Source: Lama guanicoe (taxonomy: Eukaryota). Taken from it: a stretch of DNA of 64,000 nt. The position numbers and the translations under genes are program-made. A model generated the notes under the pieces. The model did not search any database and had not been told where the DNA came from. It saw nothing but the letters and a program-made list of their open reading frames with translations. Positions 24,801 to 37,779 of the stretch are shown piece after piece (position 1 is the first letter of the stretch; every line of letters starts with the position of its first letter). The DNA is taken from positions 2,178,607 through 2,242,606 of the forward strand of contig MU053504.1 in assembly GCA_013239625.1 (NCBI GenBank). The letters run 5' to 3'.

Positions 24801-26344
24801 TCTTGGTTTCTTGGCCTCAGTGGGTGATATCCCTCTTGAATCAGTTCAAAGTATAAGCAGTGCTGGGGCCCTGTCTTAGGAGGAGAAAACCAGAGGGGTT
24901 CCTTCATTGGCAAGCTCCTTGGAGGTGCCTGGCTACTGCTCCTGTCCCAAAGAGGAGGTGATTGACAGGTGTGTCCAGTGGCAGTTTGCCCCACTGCACG
25001 AGGGATTGCTCTAGGATCTGACGGAGCCTTTCCAGGAGGCAGAAATTCCCATTCTTGGCCAGGCTCAAACTCTGCAGCATGTCTCCTGCTCCTATAGGAG
25101 TCTCCCAGGAATGGAGTAATTCAGGCCTTGAGGTCCCTTGCTTTCCAGCAATGCACTATCGTGAAGCTGATGACCAAGGAACACCTCCACCCCGACCTGC
25201 AGGGAAAGTAGTGTCCAGGGTCCCTGGGCTCATTGGTGCTGGAAGTGATAACTCTTCATGAATGAAAATCACATGTTATCCCCTGCCACCCCATAATCAC
25301 CTTTCTGCTTTTTGTCCAGTAGGCAGGGGCCATGAAGTTCACACTTGGTGCAGATCATGGTCACCCAGAATTCCTCACTCCTGTTGTTAATAACAGCAAC
25401 AGTGAAAAGGGCTACCGCTTACCCCATACCATGCTGTGTGCCAGGTGCTGGGCTAGGTGCCTTACGTATATTAACTCATTTAATCCTCACAAAGACCTTA
25501 TGAAAGGGGTACAACTATGACCCAATTTACAGCTGGTCTGCAAGACTGGGAGGGAGGAAGGGCCAGAGGGGACAATGCAAGGAAAACTCTGACCCCTGAG
25601 CCCCAGAGCTGGGTGTTCTGCATGCCCATGATCCATAGCTGATTGAATGTCTGGACCTTGGGGCCCCAATTAAAGTGAGATTTCACACCATCACATCTCT
25701 GCCCAGTGTGCTGAGATCTGCCCCTTGCTGTAATAGTGTAATAATGTGCAATATATGATTAATATGGTCTCAGAGATGTTTATCAATATGACTGTAATCA
25801 CTGTGTGTGTGTGACCAGGCTCAGTGGGCGAGGCAGGGGACATAAGTGCAAAATGCCAGGCCTCTGGAGGCCAGTGTGGTTTAGCAGACATTGTTTGTTA
25901 AAGGATTCCCCTGTGCCAAGTCTAAGGCCTAAAATGAGTAAGACACCTGCATAACCTGCAGTGCTTGGAAATGGCTCACAAAGTGTGTTGGAGACAAATA
26001 GCTTTCATGTCATGTTTTCATGTACAACATGAACATCACCAAATACATCATCAACAAATACTGTGTCCTGAGCACAGGGATGGGCCTTGGAGACACAATA
26101 GCAAAGCAAGGAGTCCACCTTAGGTGCCCCCTCCATCACCCACTGCCTGCAGTATAATTGTGAGTGGTCTAAAGTAGTGTCCAAAAGCATGGGTAGAGGT
26201 GGAAGGGGGAGGGACAAGTGTTATTTTGATCAATCATGTAGTATCAATAATTATAACAATGAAATCCAGAAAAGCAGTGAAACTTAGATCCTCTAGGGAA
26301 CAAGAAAAATATTGTGTCAATTTATAAAGACACATACCAGAAAG

Positions 26345-26900
26345 GCTAAAATGAAAGTGTCTGACAAGATCAAGTGTTGATGGAAATATAGAGCAACTGA
26401 AACGCTCAGACTTTAGAGGGACTGTAAGTTGGTAAAACCCTGTTGGAAAATTGGCAATGTCTACTAAAGCTGAACACATGCATAGCCTGGACTCAGCAGT
26501 GCCATTTCTAGGTATGTACATTACAGAAACGAGAGCTCTTGTCTACCAAGATATGTGCAAGGATATTTCTAACTGCACTGTTCATAATAGCCCCAAACTG
26601 GAATCAACCCAAATGTCTATCCATGGTAGAATGGTTATATAAGTTAGGATAAAGTCATACAGTAGAATATTAGTATACAATGAGTATGAATGAAAATATT
26701 GTTACACACAACATGGGTATGTCTCACGGACATGATGAGCAAAAGAAGTCAGTACATATACAAAAGTGCTCCCTGTGCGATTCTATTCCTATAGAAAATA
26801 CAGAAATAAGTAAAGTGATCTATGGCGCTGAAAGTCAGCATGGTTAGCTTTGGGACGGATAGATACTTCCTGATTTAGGTGTTGGTTTTATGAGTATGTT
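26345..26900 (+). mobile_element. Old L1 3' fragment
   Basis: gactcagcagtgccatttctaggtat; ctgttcataatagccccaaactggaatcaacccaaatgtc. Confidence 0.7.
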
Positions 26901-29419
26901 CAGACTCCCTGTTAGAGATACTGAGATAAACCAAGGTCACTCACAGGACAACAAACAGAGGCTGTTCATTCAGAGCTGGCAAGAATGGCCACTGTCACTT
27001 GCATTTGGCAGGGAGGGAATCAAAGGCAGGCAGGAATGGGAGAGCATGATAAAAAAATAAGGGAAGGCTTCAAAAGTGCTGTGATTGGAGGCTGCTTGCC
27101 TAGGACACTGGAGGCCGGCTAACTAGAATAGGGGCGTCAGGAGCATATTTGACTTCCTCTGGTTGATCCTGAGTTGGAAGAAAGGAAGGAGTGGTAAGGG
27201 ACTGGGAAGAAGCTGGCACACATTGACCAAGTCCTGATCATTCAAGGCTGACTGCTACAGAGGTTGTGGATTGGCTTTCCTGGCTGGGTACTGCAGAGAG
27301 TTCATATATGGCCTGGCCACATCCTTTTGTATATTCAGTATCTCAGAGGGAAGGGTAGGGGCTCTGAGAGGGGCCTCCACTGCTGGAATGGGATGGGAGT
27401 GGGCACATACACATTTCATCCAGCTCCCCATCCTTTCCTGGGGTCAGTGGTGCTGCCCGTGAGAATAAGGCTAATAGCCAGAAAGTCATTGCTTAGCTAC
27501 TGCACCCAGTAAGGTTTTTTTTTTCTTTAAGGCCTGGCTTAAAGCCCAGCTCCTATTGGAAGTTTTCTCTGAATAGATCTCGCTCACTTACTAGCCTCCT
27601 TAAATTCTCATGGTTTACCTCAAACCCTGCAGAGTAAATTCTCATCTTCTCACCTGCATTTAAAAAACCCACATTGAATATCTTCCTTCTACTTAATGCT
27701 GTTTCTTTAAAAAAAAAAAAAAAGGCAACCAAACCAAAATACGCCTTCAACTCCACAACTTTTTATTTAAATAAAATACACATACTGAAGAGGGTACTCA
27801 GAGACAGAAGGGAAGTGGGAGGGCAGCAGCCAGAAGGGTGGAGGTGGGGAGAGAAAATGGGAGGGAGGAGAAAGATGAGGCAGGGGAGGAAGCCCTGAGC
27901 TCTGTTTCTGGGCCCGCAGCCAACTCCTGGTGTCCCTTTCCTTCCTGGGCCTGTAAACCGTGAGGCTGGACCAGGTGATGTCACATCCTCCTCCTCCAGA
28001 GCTCAGTCCCATTGGCCCTTGAGTGTCCTTGGTGTGGACAAGTTGCACTGGCTTCCTCCCCTCCTGCCTCCTCCTTCCCCATCTCCAGGTGCCATGGCCA
28101 TATTGTCTGAATCGCTGATTTCCTAGCAATCAGATGCTGTCTCCTATTTAATCAATTTGCTTGTATTTAACATAAAAAGAAAGAAAAATATTTTCATTTT
28201 CGCATGCAGCTGGAAACCTGCTTCTTGCAAGAGTCCTGCCCAAAGGAATCAGGAAAGAGAGAAACTGTGATAACTGCTGAAAGAATTGCTTTTTTCCCTA
28301 CTTGCTGTCTCGATGATGTCCTTAGAATTGTGAGTCCATGGACGCGTGTTTGCAGTAATTCCATTATTATCACCTCTGGAACTTCAGATCCTTTAACACT
28401 GCATTCAGTTATGAGGGTCTACTATGGCCAGATGTCAGCTTGTATTGAGGCTCCTGCAGTGAGCATAAACAGAACTTTCCAGCTTGGGGACTTGTTCGGG
28501 ACCTCTCTCCCTTTTCCCTCCTGCCTTCACTTTCAAGAGGCTGCTACTCAGAGACAAGCTCCTCAACTCTCCGCATGTGGCCGGCTGTCACCTTCTGGCC
28601 TGGCTCAGTGGACCCCTTCCTCCCCATCCAGTCTAGGTGGGTCACTCTCCCCTCAGAATTTTCACCTTCTTTATAATCTAGTCTCTTTAAATTATCTTTA
28701 AATTACACAGGTAGTACACAAATATGTGTTCACTATAAAAAATGAAAATCTCAAACTATACAGAGTTACATAGGACAGAGTTTCTCAGACTTCAGTAGAG
28801 ATAACGAATCCTCTGGGGATCTTGTTAAAAGCAGGTGCTGACTCATTGAGTCACTTCATTTCTAAAGAGACTTTTTTGAGTAAAGACAAAAAGCAACAAT
28901 TGATAATGTCCTTCATTCCCTTACAATCCTGTTTTCTTTTTAGGGGGTTTGATGGACATCATTCCTTGCCTTTCTCTATGCACTTCTATGCCATTTGATA
29001 GCCCTGACTTAATCCCATCCTTGGCTTGAGGCCAGGGACGCTCTCTGAGGTCCTGTTCATAGCAGTGGGTGCAGGGCCTGCTGGCCTCCAGCCTCCGCCA
29101 CAGCTCCCTGTAGTGCTCCACAAACTACTGTTGCCAAGCTTAATGGCTCTTTGTTCAGCTGAATTTAGTTCATGCAACAATCCAAACAATTTGGTCATTG
29201 TTTCAGTTGGTTGAGAACCCTCTGGTTCTGAATTTTTTCCCACCATATGCAGGATGTGCCACCAAATCACTGATGAAATGGACAGCAGGGCAAAGCCAGA
29301 GTTCACACAACGCTACTCAGCCCGCGGGTCCGCTGACTCATCATTAATTGACTAATCAGCATTCTACTCTCCCTCCAGTCAACTAACAGTTAAGAGTATA
29401 CACAACACAACCACTAGGG

Positions 29420-29980
29420 AGGTGTATCCATTAACTAATGCTACATGAGAAATTATGCCAAAACTTAATAGCTGAAAGCAACACGGTCGGTATCTCACAG
29501 CTTCTGTGGGTTAAGATTCCAGGTGCAGGTTGCTAGATCCTCTGGCTTAGGGCCTCTTGCAAGGCTGTAATCAAGGTGTCGGCCAGGGCTGCAGCCATCT
29601 CAAAGCTCAATTTGGGGAGGATTCACTTCCAAGCTCACTCATGTGGTTGTTGCAGGATTCAGTTCCTCACTGAATTGTTGCTCTGAGGGACGCACTTCCT
29701 TGTTGGCTGTTGGACGGAGGCTGCCCTCAGTTCCTTGCCACACAGGCCACTCCATAGGGCAGCACACAACATGGTAGCTCACTTCATTAGAGTAAGTGAG
29801 AGAAAAGAACTAGAGAGATTATGAAAGCAAAACAGAAGTTACAGTCTTTTGTAACTTAATTGTGGAAGTGATATCCCATCATTTTTGGGAACTGCACTCA
29901 AGGGACAATTTACCAGGAAGTGGGGATCACTGGGAGCATCATTTTAGAAGTTTACTACCCCAGGAGGTGAATTTGGCTCT
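29420..29980. mobile_element. MaLR (MLT1-type) LTR
   Basis: tctcacagcttctgtgggtt; aggctgtaatcaaggtgtcggccagggctgcagccatctc; ttccaagctcactcatgtggttgttg. Confidence 0.7.
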
Positions 29981-31037
29981 GTTCTGCAAAATAACATGTG
30001 TATTTATTCTTTGCGCTAGCAATCCTATTTCTAGAAATCTAAGCCAAAGTTCCATTGGCAAAAATAAACAAAGATGCGTACAAGGCTATTTAATATGGCA
30101 CATTCTGTAAATAGCAAAGGACTGGAAATAAGCCAGGTGCCATCAGTAGGTCACTGCATAGACCACGGTATCTCCACATTGCAGTGCCATGGCACTATAA
30201 ATAGGAATGAGAACTATCCATATTACTGTTATGGCATGATTGCCATGATTTTGCTAAATGAACAAAAGGGAAAAATGTATATAGCATATAACCTTTTATT
30301 TAAAAAAGAACAAATAAAGCTTTATCTGAGAGTTGAGTCTTAGCATCCTGTGTGGCTCTACAGGGAGAGGACTCTTGGGAGTTTGGGCCTGATTTCCTCT
30401 GGGCCTCACCTCCTGCAGCCTTTCCCTTTGCTGATTTTGCTGTGTATCCTTTCCCTGTAAAATCTTAAACAGTATTTAGTAATCACATTGTTGGTAATAA
30501 TATTCATATTTTTATTCTGAAATTATTATCTGTATATTTAAAGATAAATAAGTAGTGAATGTTGTTAAGATCTTAGATTTTCAAATTAAGATAAAAGAAA
30601 TTAAGTAAAAACTCTGTAACCTTAGAAATAAATGGAAAGTATTAGTATAAATCCATCATATATTTTTCTCTTTAAAAATGTATTTTCTGGCTCTACTCAC
30701 CAACACGGCCTAGGAACAATGAACAGCCCAGTAGTAATGAGCACTCCTAGTGTCCAAATTGTAGCCTTTAGATATCATTCCCATTGAAAGGAACAGTTAC
30801 TCCTTGGAGAAATGGCTAATTCAAGATCTGGACTGGAAATTTATAGAGTTGAGGCTGGAACTTCTTGTCACACCAGAGAGCAAGGAAGCTGTTTGAGACT
30901 ACCAGAGTCATGTTTAAATGACTGAGGAGTCAATCTGAAGGGCTTCCTTTGGCCAAATGTGTGGCAATCTGAACTCAAAAAGAAGAGTGACTCTAATGTA
31001 TTGAAATTCATCAAATACATTTTTAAAATGCATGAGT

Positions 31038-33452
31038 TCCAACATAATAAAAGCTATTTATGACAAACCACAGCCAGTATAATATTCAAGGGTAATAAAT
31101 GGAAAGCCTTCCCACTAAAATTTGGAACAAGATAAAGAAGGCCACTCTCACCACTTCTAGTCAATGTAGTATTGGAAGTCCTAGCCATAGAAATCAGATA
31201 AGAGCAGCGAGGATATAGCTCAGTAGTAGAGCACATGCTTAGCATGCACAAGGTCCTGGGTTCAATCCCCAGTACCTCCATATAAATAAAGAAACAAAAT
31301 ACTTAATTATCCCTCCCCACTACTCCCCCAAGAGAAATCAGATAAGAAAAAAAAAAGGGATCCAAATTGAAAGAGAAGAGGTAAAATTGTCACTATATGC
31401 AGATGACATGATACTATATATAGAAAACCCTAAAGGCTCCACACAAAAACTACTACAGCTGACAAAAGAATTTGGCAAGGTAGCAGGTTACAAGATTAAC
31501 GTACAGAAATCGGTTGTATTTCTTTACACTAACAATGAAATATCAGAAAAAGAAAGTAATAAAAAACCCTTTTAAAATGGCATCAAAAACAAAACAAAAC
31601 AAAACAAACCTTAGGAATAGACCTGACCAAGGAGGTGAAAGACTTATATATGGAGAACTACAAAACTTTGATTAAGGATATTAAAGATGATTTAAAGAAA
31701 TGGAAAGATATCCCATGCTCTTTGGGTTGGAAGAATTAATATTGTTAAAATGGCCAGACTACCCAAAGCAATCTACAGATTTAATACAATCCCTATCAAA
31801 TTACCCAGGACATTTTTCACAGAACTAGAACAAATAATCCTAAAATTTATATGGGGTCACAAAAGACCAAGAATTATCAAAGCAATACTGAAGAAAAAGA
31901 ATGACGCTGGAGGAATAATCCCCCCAGACTTCAAACAATACTACAGAGCTACAGTAATCAAAACAATATAGTATTGGCACAAAAACAGATACATGGATCA
32001 ATGGAACAGAATAGAGAGCCCAGAAATAAACCTACACAAAAAAACTATGGTCAATTAATCTTGGACAAAGGAGGTAAGAATACAAAATGGAGAAAGTCAG
32101 TCTGTTCAGCAAGTAGTGTTGGGAAAACTGGACAGCTGCATGTAAATCAATGAAGTTAGAACACACCCTCACACCATACACAAAAATAAACTCAAAATGA
32201 CTTAAAGATTTAAATATAAGATAAGACACTATAAACCTCCTAGAAGGAAACATAGGCAAAACATTCTCTAACATAAATCTTAGCTCTGTTCTCCTAGGGC
32301 AGTCTACCTAGGCAATAGAAATAAAAGCAAAAATAAATAAATGGGACCTAATTAAAATTATAAGCTTTTGCACTGCAAAGGAAACCATAAACAAAACAAA
32401 AAGACAACCTACATAATGGGAGAAAATATTTGCAAATGATGTGCTGGACAAGGGCTTAATTTACAGAATATTCAAACTCATATGACTTCATATCAAAAAA
32501 AAAAAAAGTGAACAACCCGATCCAAAAATGGGCAGAAGACCTAAACAAGTATTTTTCCAATGAAGACATACAAATGGCAATAGCCATGTGAAAAAATGCT
32601 CAACATTGCTAATTATCAGAGAAATTCAAATCAAAACCACAATGACATATCACCTCACACCAGTCAGAATATGACAATTATTAAAAAATCCACAATTGAT
32701 AAATGCTGGAGAAGGTGCAGAGAAAAGGGAATCCTCCTAACATTGTTGGTGGGAATGTCGTTTGGTGCAGCCGTTATGGAAAACAGTATGGAGAGTCCTT
32801 AAAAAGCTAAAAATAGACTTACCATATGATCTAGCAATCCCACCCCTGGGCATATATCCAGAGGAAACTGTAATTTGAAAAGTATATGTGCCCCAATGAT
32901 CATAGCAGCACCATTTACAATAGCCAAGACATGGAAACAACCTAAATGTCCATCGACAGATGACTGGATAAAGAAGCTGTGGTGTAAATACACAATGGAA
33001 TACTACTCAGCCATAAAAAGAATAAAATAATGCCATTTGCAGCAACATAGATGGACCTGGAGATCGTCATTCTAAGTGATATAAGCCAGAAAGAGAAAGT
33101 ACCATATGATATCACTTATATGTGGAATCTAAAAAAAGACACAAATGAACTTATTTACATAACAGAAACAGACTCACAGATATAGAAAACAAACTTATGG
33201 TTACCAGTGGGAAATTGGGGTGGGAAGTGGTATATTGGAAGTTCGAGATTTGCAGATACTGACTACTATGTATAAAATAGATAAATAGTAAGGTTCTATT
33301 GTATAGCACAGGGGAATATATTCAATATCTTGTAGTAACCTATAATGAAAAAGAATATGAAAAGGAATCTATATATGTACATGTATGACTGAAACATTAT
33401 GCTAAATACCAGAAATTAATACAACATTGTAAACTGACTATACTTCAGTAAA
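31038..33452 (+). mobile_element. 5'-truncated L1 (degenerate ORF2 reverse transcriptase to 3' UTR) with 13-bp TSD
   Basis: ORF fragments [15 protein letters not shown] (RT catalytic motif) and [16 protein letters not shown]; frameshifts and stops; TSD aaaatgcatgagt at 31025-31037 and 33453-33465. Confidence 0.95.
31204..31332 (+). mobile_element. tRNA-derived SINE nested in the L1
   Basis: tatagctcagtagtagag...gggttcaatcccc; 15-bp TSD agaaatcagataaga at 31189-31203 and 31333-31347. Confidence 0.9.
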
Positions 33453-35034
33453 AAAATGCATGAGTCCATAATAATGCTAAAAAGAAAATAATTTATTAGT
33501 TATCTCTAGAGGATGCCAGGAAACCAATTCATTCTGAAAGCTGGTCAATAAAAAGAATCTAACTCAATAAAATTAAAAACAAAACAAAACAAACAAAAAA
33601 AGAAAGAATCAATCCTGCCTTTTCTATACAAGTTGTACTTCAGGATACCAAAGAGTTGATAAGGGAGGGTTCTTCTTTGTCAGAGAATTTTAGTTAATTA
33701 AGTGCAGAAGAGATAATAGAATTGGACTATCATAATTTTGCAGCCCCTAATGAAATAATTTATCACCATTAGGCAATATCACTAATAGCTGGTAAAATCA
33801 GTAGATGAAGAATTGATAGAGAACTTTATAATGCATTGACTAGTCTGATGATCCCTGAACCAACTGACCAATATTAACTTCTCAAAGAGAGATGGTAATG
33901 CAAATAAGTAATGTTATAAACTAGGATTTTCCTGTTCTCCTGATGACATGAATAGGATGTAAATAGCACCATCTATGAAGAATTAGTTTAAAGAAAGCAA
34001 ACCTGAATCTAATCAAGCCTCTTAGCTCTGTCAGATTACAAGAAATATACGGGACGGAAGAACAGGTTAAATTACAAAGATGCGATCATCAAAATCCTGA
34101 ATGTGGGAAACTCTTCGGACAAACAACCTGGTTTCTTCAATAAATAGATTGCAAAGGAAAAATAAATAGAGGGGAGATCTTTGGGTTAAAAAAGATTTAA
34201 GAGACAAAGCAATCAAATGCAACATGTTGACCTTAGTTTGGAAACTAATTTGAACGAAATATTTGTAAAGAATAAGACTGACAATCAGGGAAATTTACGC
34301 ACTGACAAGTAGTTAATGATATTAGGAAATTATTAATTTTTTGTGTGTGTTATAAAGGTTCTGTGAGAGCATTAAAGAGTCATCATCTTTTAGAGTATTT
34401 ATGATGTAGTGATACATCTGGGATTTACTTCAAAATAATCCACTGAGGCATAGAAGGGGTGGGGTTAAAGATGAAACAAGAAAGACTATGAATTGGATAC
34501 TGTTGAAGTTGCATGATTAGAATGTGAGGGTTCATGATACTTGACTTTTGCACAGTTCTGATGTTTTCCATAGTCAAAAGATAAGAAACCATTTTTTGTG
34601 TGTCCTGATAGCATGACTTCCCTAAGCGCTTTCCTGAAACCACAGAGCCATGGCACCCACATCATTTCTCTGAACTACCAGTCACTGACAGCAAAGGACT
34701 AACAATAGCTAAGTACTTACTAAGTGCCAGAAACAATGCTAACTGCTCTACATATATTATTTAAGTATCCCCCAATGTCCATTTTTAAAGTTTTTATCTT
34801 TTCATGAACATAGACAATACAGATGCTTATATATTTTTTTAAGTTAAAATATTGTGGGAATCACTCCAGAGCATATAAAAACATTATAGATCCCTTTTGA
34901 TGGCTGCATAGCTTTCCATTGTGTAGACCTGTCACAGCGTATTCAAATGAGGTTTAGCTAGGTTAAGCGCTTGCCCCAAATCACTCAGCTGGTGCAGCCA
35001 GGATTAGAAAAGGCTGACTCTAAAGCATCTAAAC

Positions 35035-35355
35035 TAGTGATTCTCAAACTTTGATGCATATGTGAATCACCTGGGGCTTTTGCTAAAACTGCAGATAAGG
35101 TAGGTCTGGGGTGAGACCTGAGATTCTTTATTTCTTATAAATAACTAATTATGCAAAAGCAAGGCCAGCCTGGTACACTGACTACTGACTTTGACTGCAT
35201 ATTGGAATCGCCTGGGGAGTATTAAACACTACTGATGCCTGGGTCCCACCCCCAGAGGTGCCAACTTCATTTGTCTGGGATGTAGCCTGGTTATCTTTTG
35301 TCCCCTAAAATCTCCCCAGGTGATTCCTGAGTGCAGCCTGTGCTGTGAACTACCG
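35035..35355. mobile_element. MER5-like hAT fragments
   Basis: agtgattctcaaacttt..gaatcacctgggg; tctccccaggtgattc. A similar copy lies at ~40430-40610. Confidence 0.55.
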
Positions 35356-35476
35356 TCCCAGAAGCCTGCTTATTCTGAAGGATTCTTCCAACCTCACTAT
35401 GCTTATTAAGCTAGCTCCTGGGCAGGAGCTGATTGGTATCAGGTGATTTCTAATTCAGAGCAGCCTGGTGTCATTC

Positions 35477-35597
35477 TGTTTTGTTTGTTTGTTTGTTTGT
35501 TTGTTTGTTTAAATGGAGGCTCTGTGAATTGAACCTAGAACTTCATGCATGCATGCTAAACCTGCACTCTACCATTGAGCTACTTCCTTCCCCTCTT
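35477..35597 (-). mobile_element. tRNA-derived SINE with (GTTT)n tail
   Basis: attgaacctagaac..ctctaccattgagcta. Confidence 0.75.
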
Positions 35598-36351
35598 ATT
35601 ACTGTTTTAAGTTTGGGGGTTATTTTTTACCTGGTAATAGACAACCAATATGCTAGATACGTGTTTGTATGCTGTTTTGTCGCTAAAATGGCTCTAGATT
35701 TGCAAGTTCTTATTTTAGAATTTGGTTAGTTCTTCTGAAGCACTATGCTTACCGTGACCCCTGTGCTTCTTATTCTGGTGTGTATGTCAGAAAACTGGCT
35801 TCTCCCTGAGGGTAAGTAACTGAGAGAAGTGATAAAGTGATTAATAATGCTCTCCCTATGAAATAAACTATTATAATAATCATAGAGAAAGGAAACCTCT
35901 TAATTGCTACTTTCATTTTTTGGGAAAAAAATCTAAGTGTAATCATGGGTTTACTTTGCTCTAAGGCAAATCTTCAATTTCTCTTAAAAAAAAGTTTTTA
36001 CTTCAGTATAACACACATACAGAAAAGTGTACAAATCAAGTGAACACCTTGATGAAATATCACAAAGTGAACACACGCATGTAACTCCTACCCAGACCAA
36101 AGAAACCAAACATTAGCAGCCTTCTAGAAGCCTATCAGGCTCATCACTACTCCCCTTTCCCCAAAGTAACCAGCATCTGGACTTCTAACATCATTTATTA
36201 CTGTTGAACTTCATATAAGTGGAATCATATAGTATGTATTCTTTTGTATCTGGTTTCTTTTGCTCAATTTGCATTTTTGAGTCAGGATTATAAACATCTT
36301 GCCTAATTGACATTAATATATGCTTTACCTGTTACTTTGCATAAAAGTTAT

Positions 36352-36511
36352 TTAATTTATTTTTTTATTGAAATATAGTCAGTTACAATGTGTCAATTTC
36401 TGGTGTACAGCATAATGTCCCAGTCATGCATATATATAAATATATTCATTTTCATATTCTTTTTCATTAAAGATTATTACAAGATATTGAATATAGTTCC
36501 CTGTGCTATAG
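36352..36511 (-). mobile_element. L1 3'-end fragment, same family as 31038-33452
   Basis: Reverse complement resembles 33300-33452 (tatagcacaggg..atattcaatatcttgta..aatgaaaaagaatatgaaaa). Confidence 0.8.
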
Positions 36512-36781
36512 GATAAACTTTAATGATAGCCACAGACTGCATGCAAGTTCACACTAGAGAGTGAAGACACATATATGTATTTAAGAGAAGAAAATGCCTC
36601 CCACTAATTTACTGGAATTTCACTGAATCTGTGCCTTTTGGTAATTTTAAGGTGGAGAGTATCTGAAACTCTCAGGAATACAGACTGTCATTTTTCAAGC
36701 TGTATGCCTCTGGATGAGTTTCCTCACTATCCAAAGGTTGTTGGGAGGATTAAGTGATATAGAAAGACACTCTACACTGTT

Positions 36782-36825
36782 TTGTTTTTAACATTTTTTA
36801 AAATTGAGTTATAGTCATTTTTTTT
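36782..36825 (-). mobile_element. 44-bp L1 tail insertion with 14-bp TSD
   Basis: TSD cactctacactgtt at 36768-36781 and 36826-36839; the insert's reverse complement contains tgactataactcaattttaaaaaatgttaaaaacaa. Confidence 0.7.
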
Positions 36826-37779
36826 CACTCTACACTGTTAAAAAATATTTCAGGTGTTGTTTTGAAGTTGGGGTTCATCTTGGGACTTCAGATGAGGATG
36901 ATTCTCGATTCTTCAGGATGATCTATCTGATCTCACAGACTTGGATGAAAGAGCCCTCTGGTCAAGCAGAACCTTTTTTTTTTTTTTTTTTTTTTGGTGG
37001 AGGGAGACAAAAACGTAGGCAAGGCTGGGCACTGAGATTTAGAAGAGTAGCTATAGGTTTTCTTGGTTCTTGCAGGATCCATCTGGGGTGGCATCCTGCA
37101 ATAGCTGGAATTTCCAGAGTTAGGAAATACGGTTTCCAGAGTTATTCCTACAGTGAGGGAGCTAGTTTCAGGTGAACATGGTAATTCTATTCAACAAGCG
37201 AGAAGCTCATCTTTCTTGCTCAGCCTGCAACTAGCAGTCGTTATGGGAAAGGTGAAGAAAATGAGGGACATTACAGTCACCCAGGGGAGGAACTTATGAA
37301 ATAATCACCGAGCAAGATAAACCCACAATCCTGTTAAACTTGACTGGAGTGAGGGAGTGCCTTGGTGGTACTGAGCCATGGATCATTCCAGGCTTGGACA
37401 ACCTTTGGGAGAAGAGACGCTTGGATGGGTCTTTGGTATCTCAGGTCTGGAGGTGGCCATGTTCTCGCCCCCCAAAAGAAGATAATGAGATGACTTAAAA
37501 AACAAAAAAACCAAGCAAAACCCCCAACAACCCAGGCTCCAAGACAGCCACCAAATCCTTCTATGTCCCTCTGTGCACCACACAGAAAGGGGGGGTCCAA
37601 CCTCTCCTTCAAAAAGCCAACCCTATTTCCTAGCTCCCACACCCCCGGCTTCACTACAGGAGGGTGGCCAAGGATTTATAACCGACTCCTTTCTTCCAGT
37701 TGCCATGGAGACCAACCGCAGTCCTTTCATTTCTTGTACTGGGAACATTTCTCTAACGTAAGAGAAATGGAGTGGGCTT

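Noticed and set aside
21817..27800. MAVS polyadenylation site
   Set aside because: No convincing signal near the stop codon. ATTAAA at ~22937 lies in a MIR and AATAAA at ~27770 is distant, so it is not assignable without RNA data.
31204..31280. tRNA-like sequences (A/B boxes) here and at seven other sites
   Set aside because: Multi-copy and diverged, several with tails and TSDs, so these are SINEs rather than tRNA genes.
31387..31971. Reverse transcriptase ORF fragments as a novel RT system
   Set aside because: Ordinary 5'-truncated, frameshifted L1 ORF2 bounded by TSDs.
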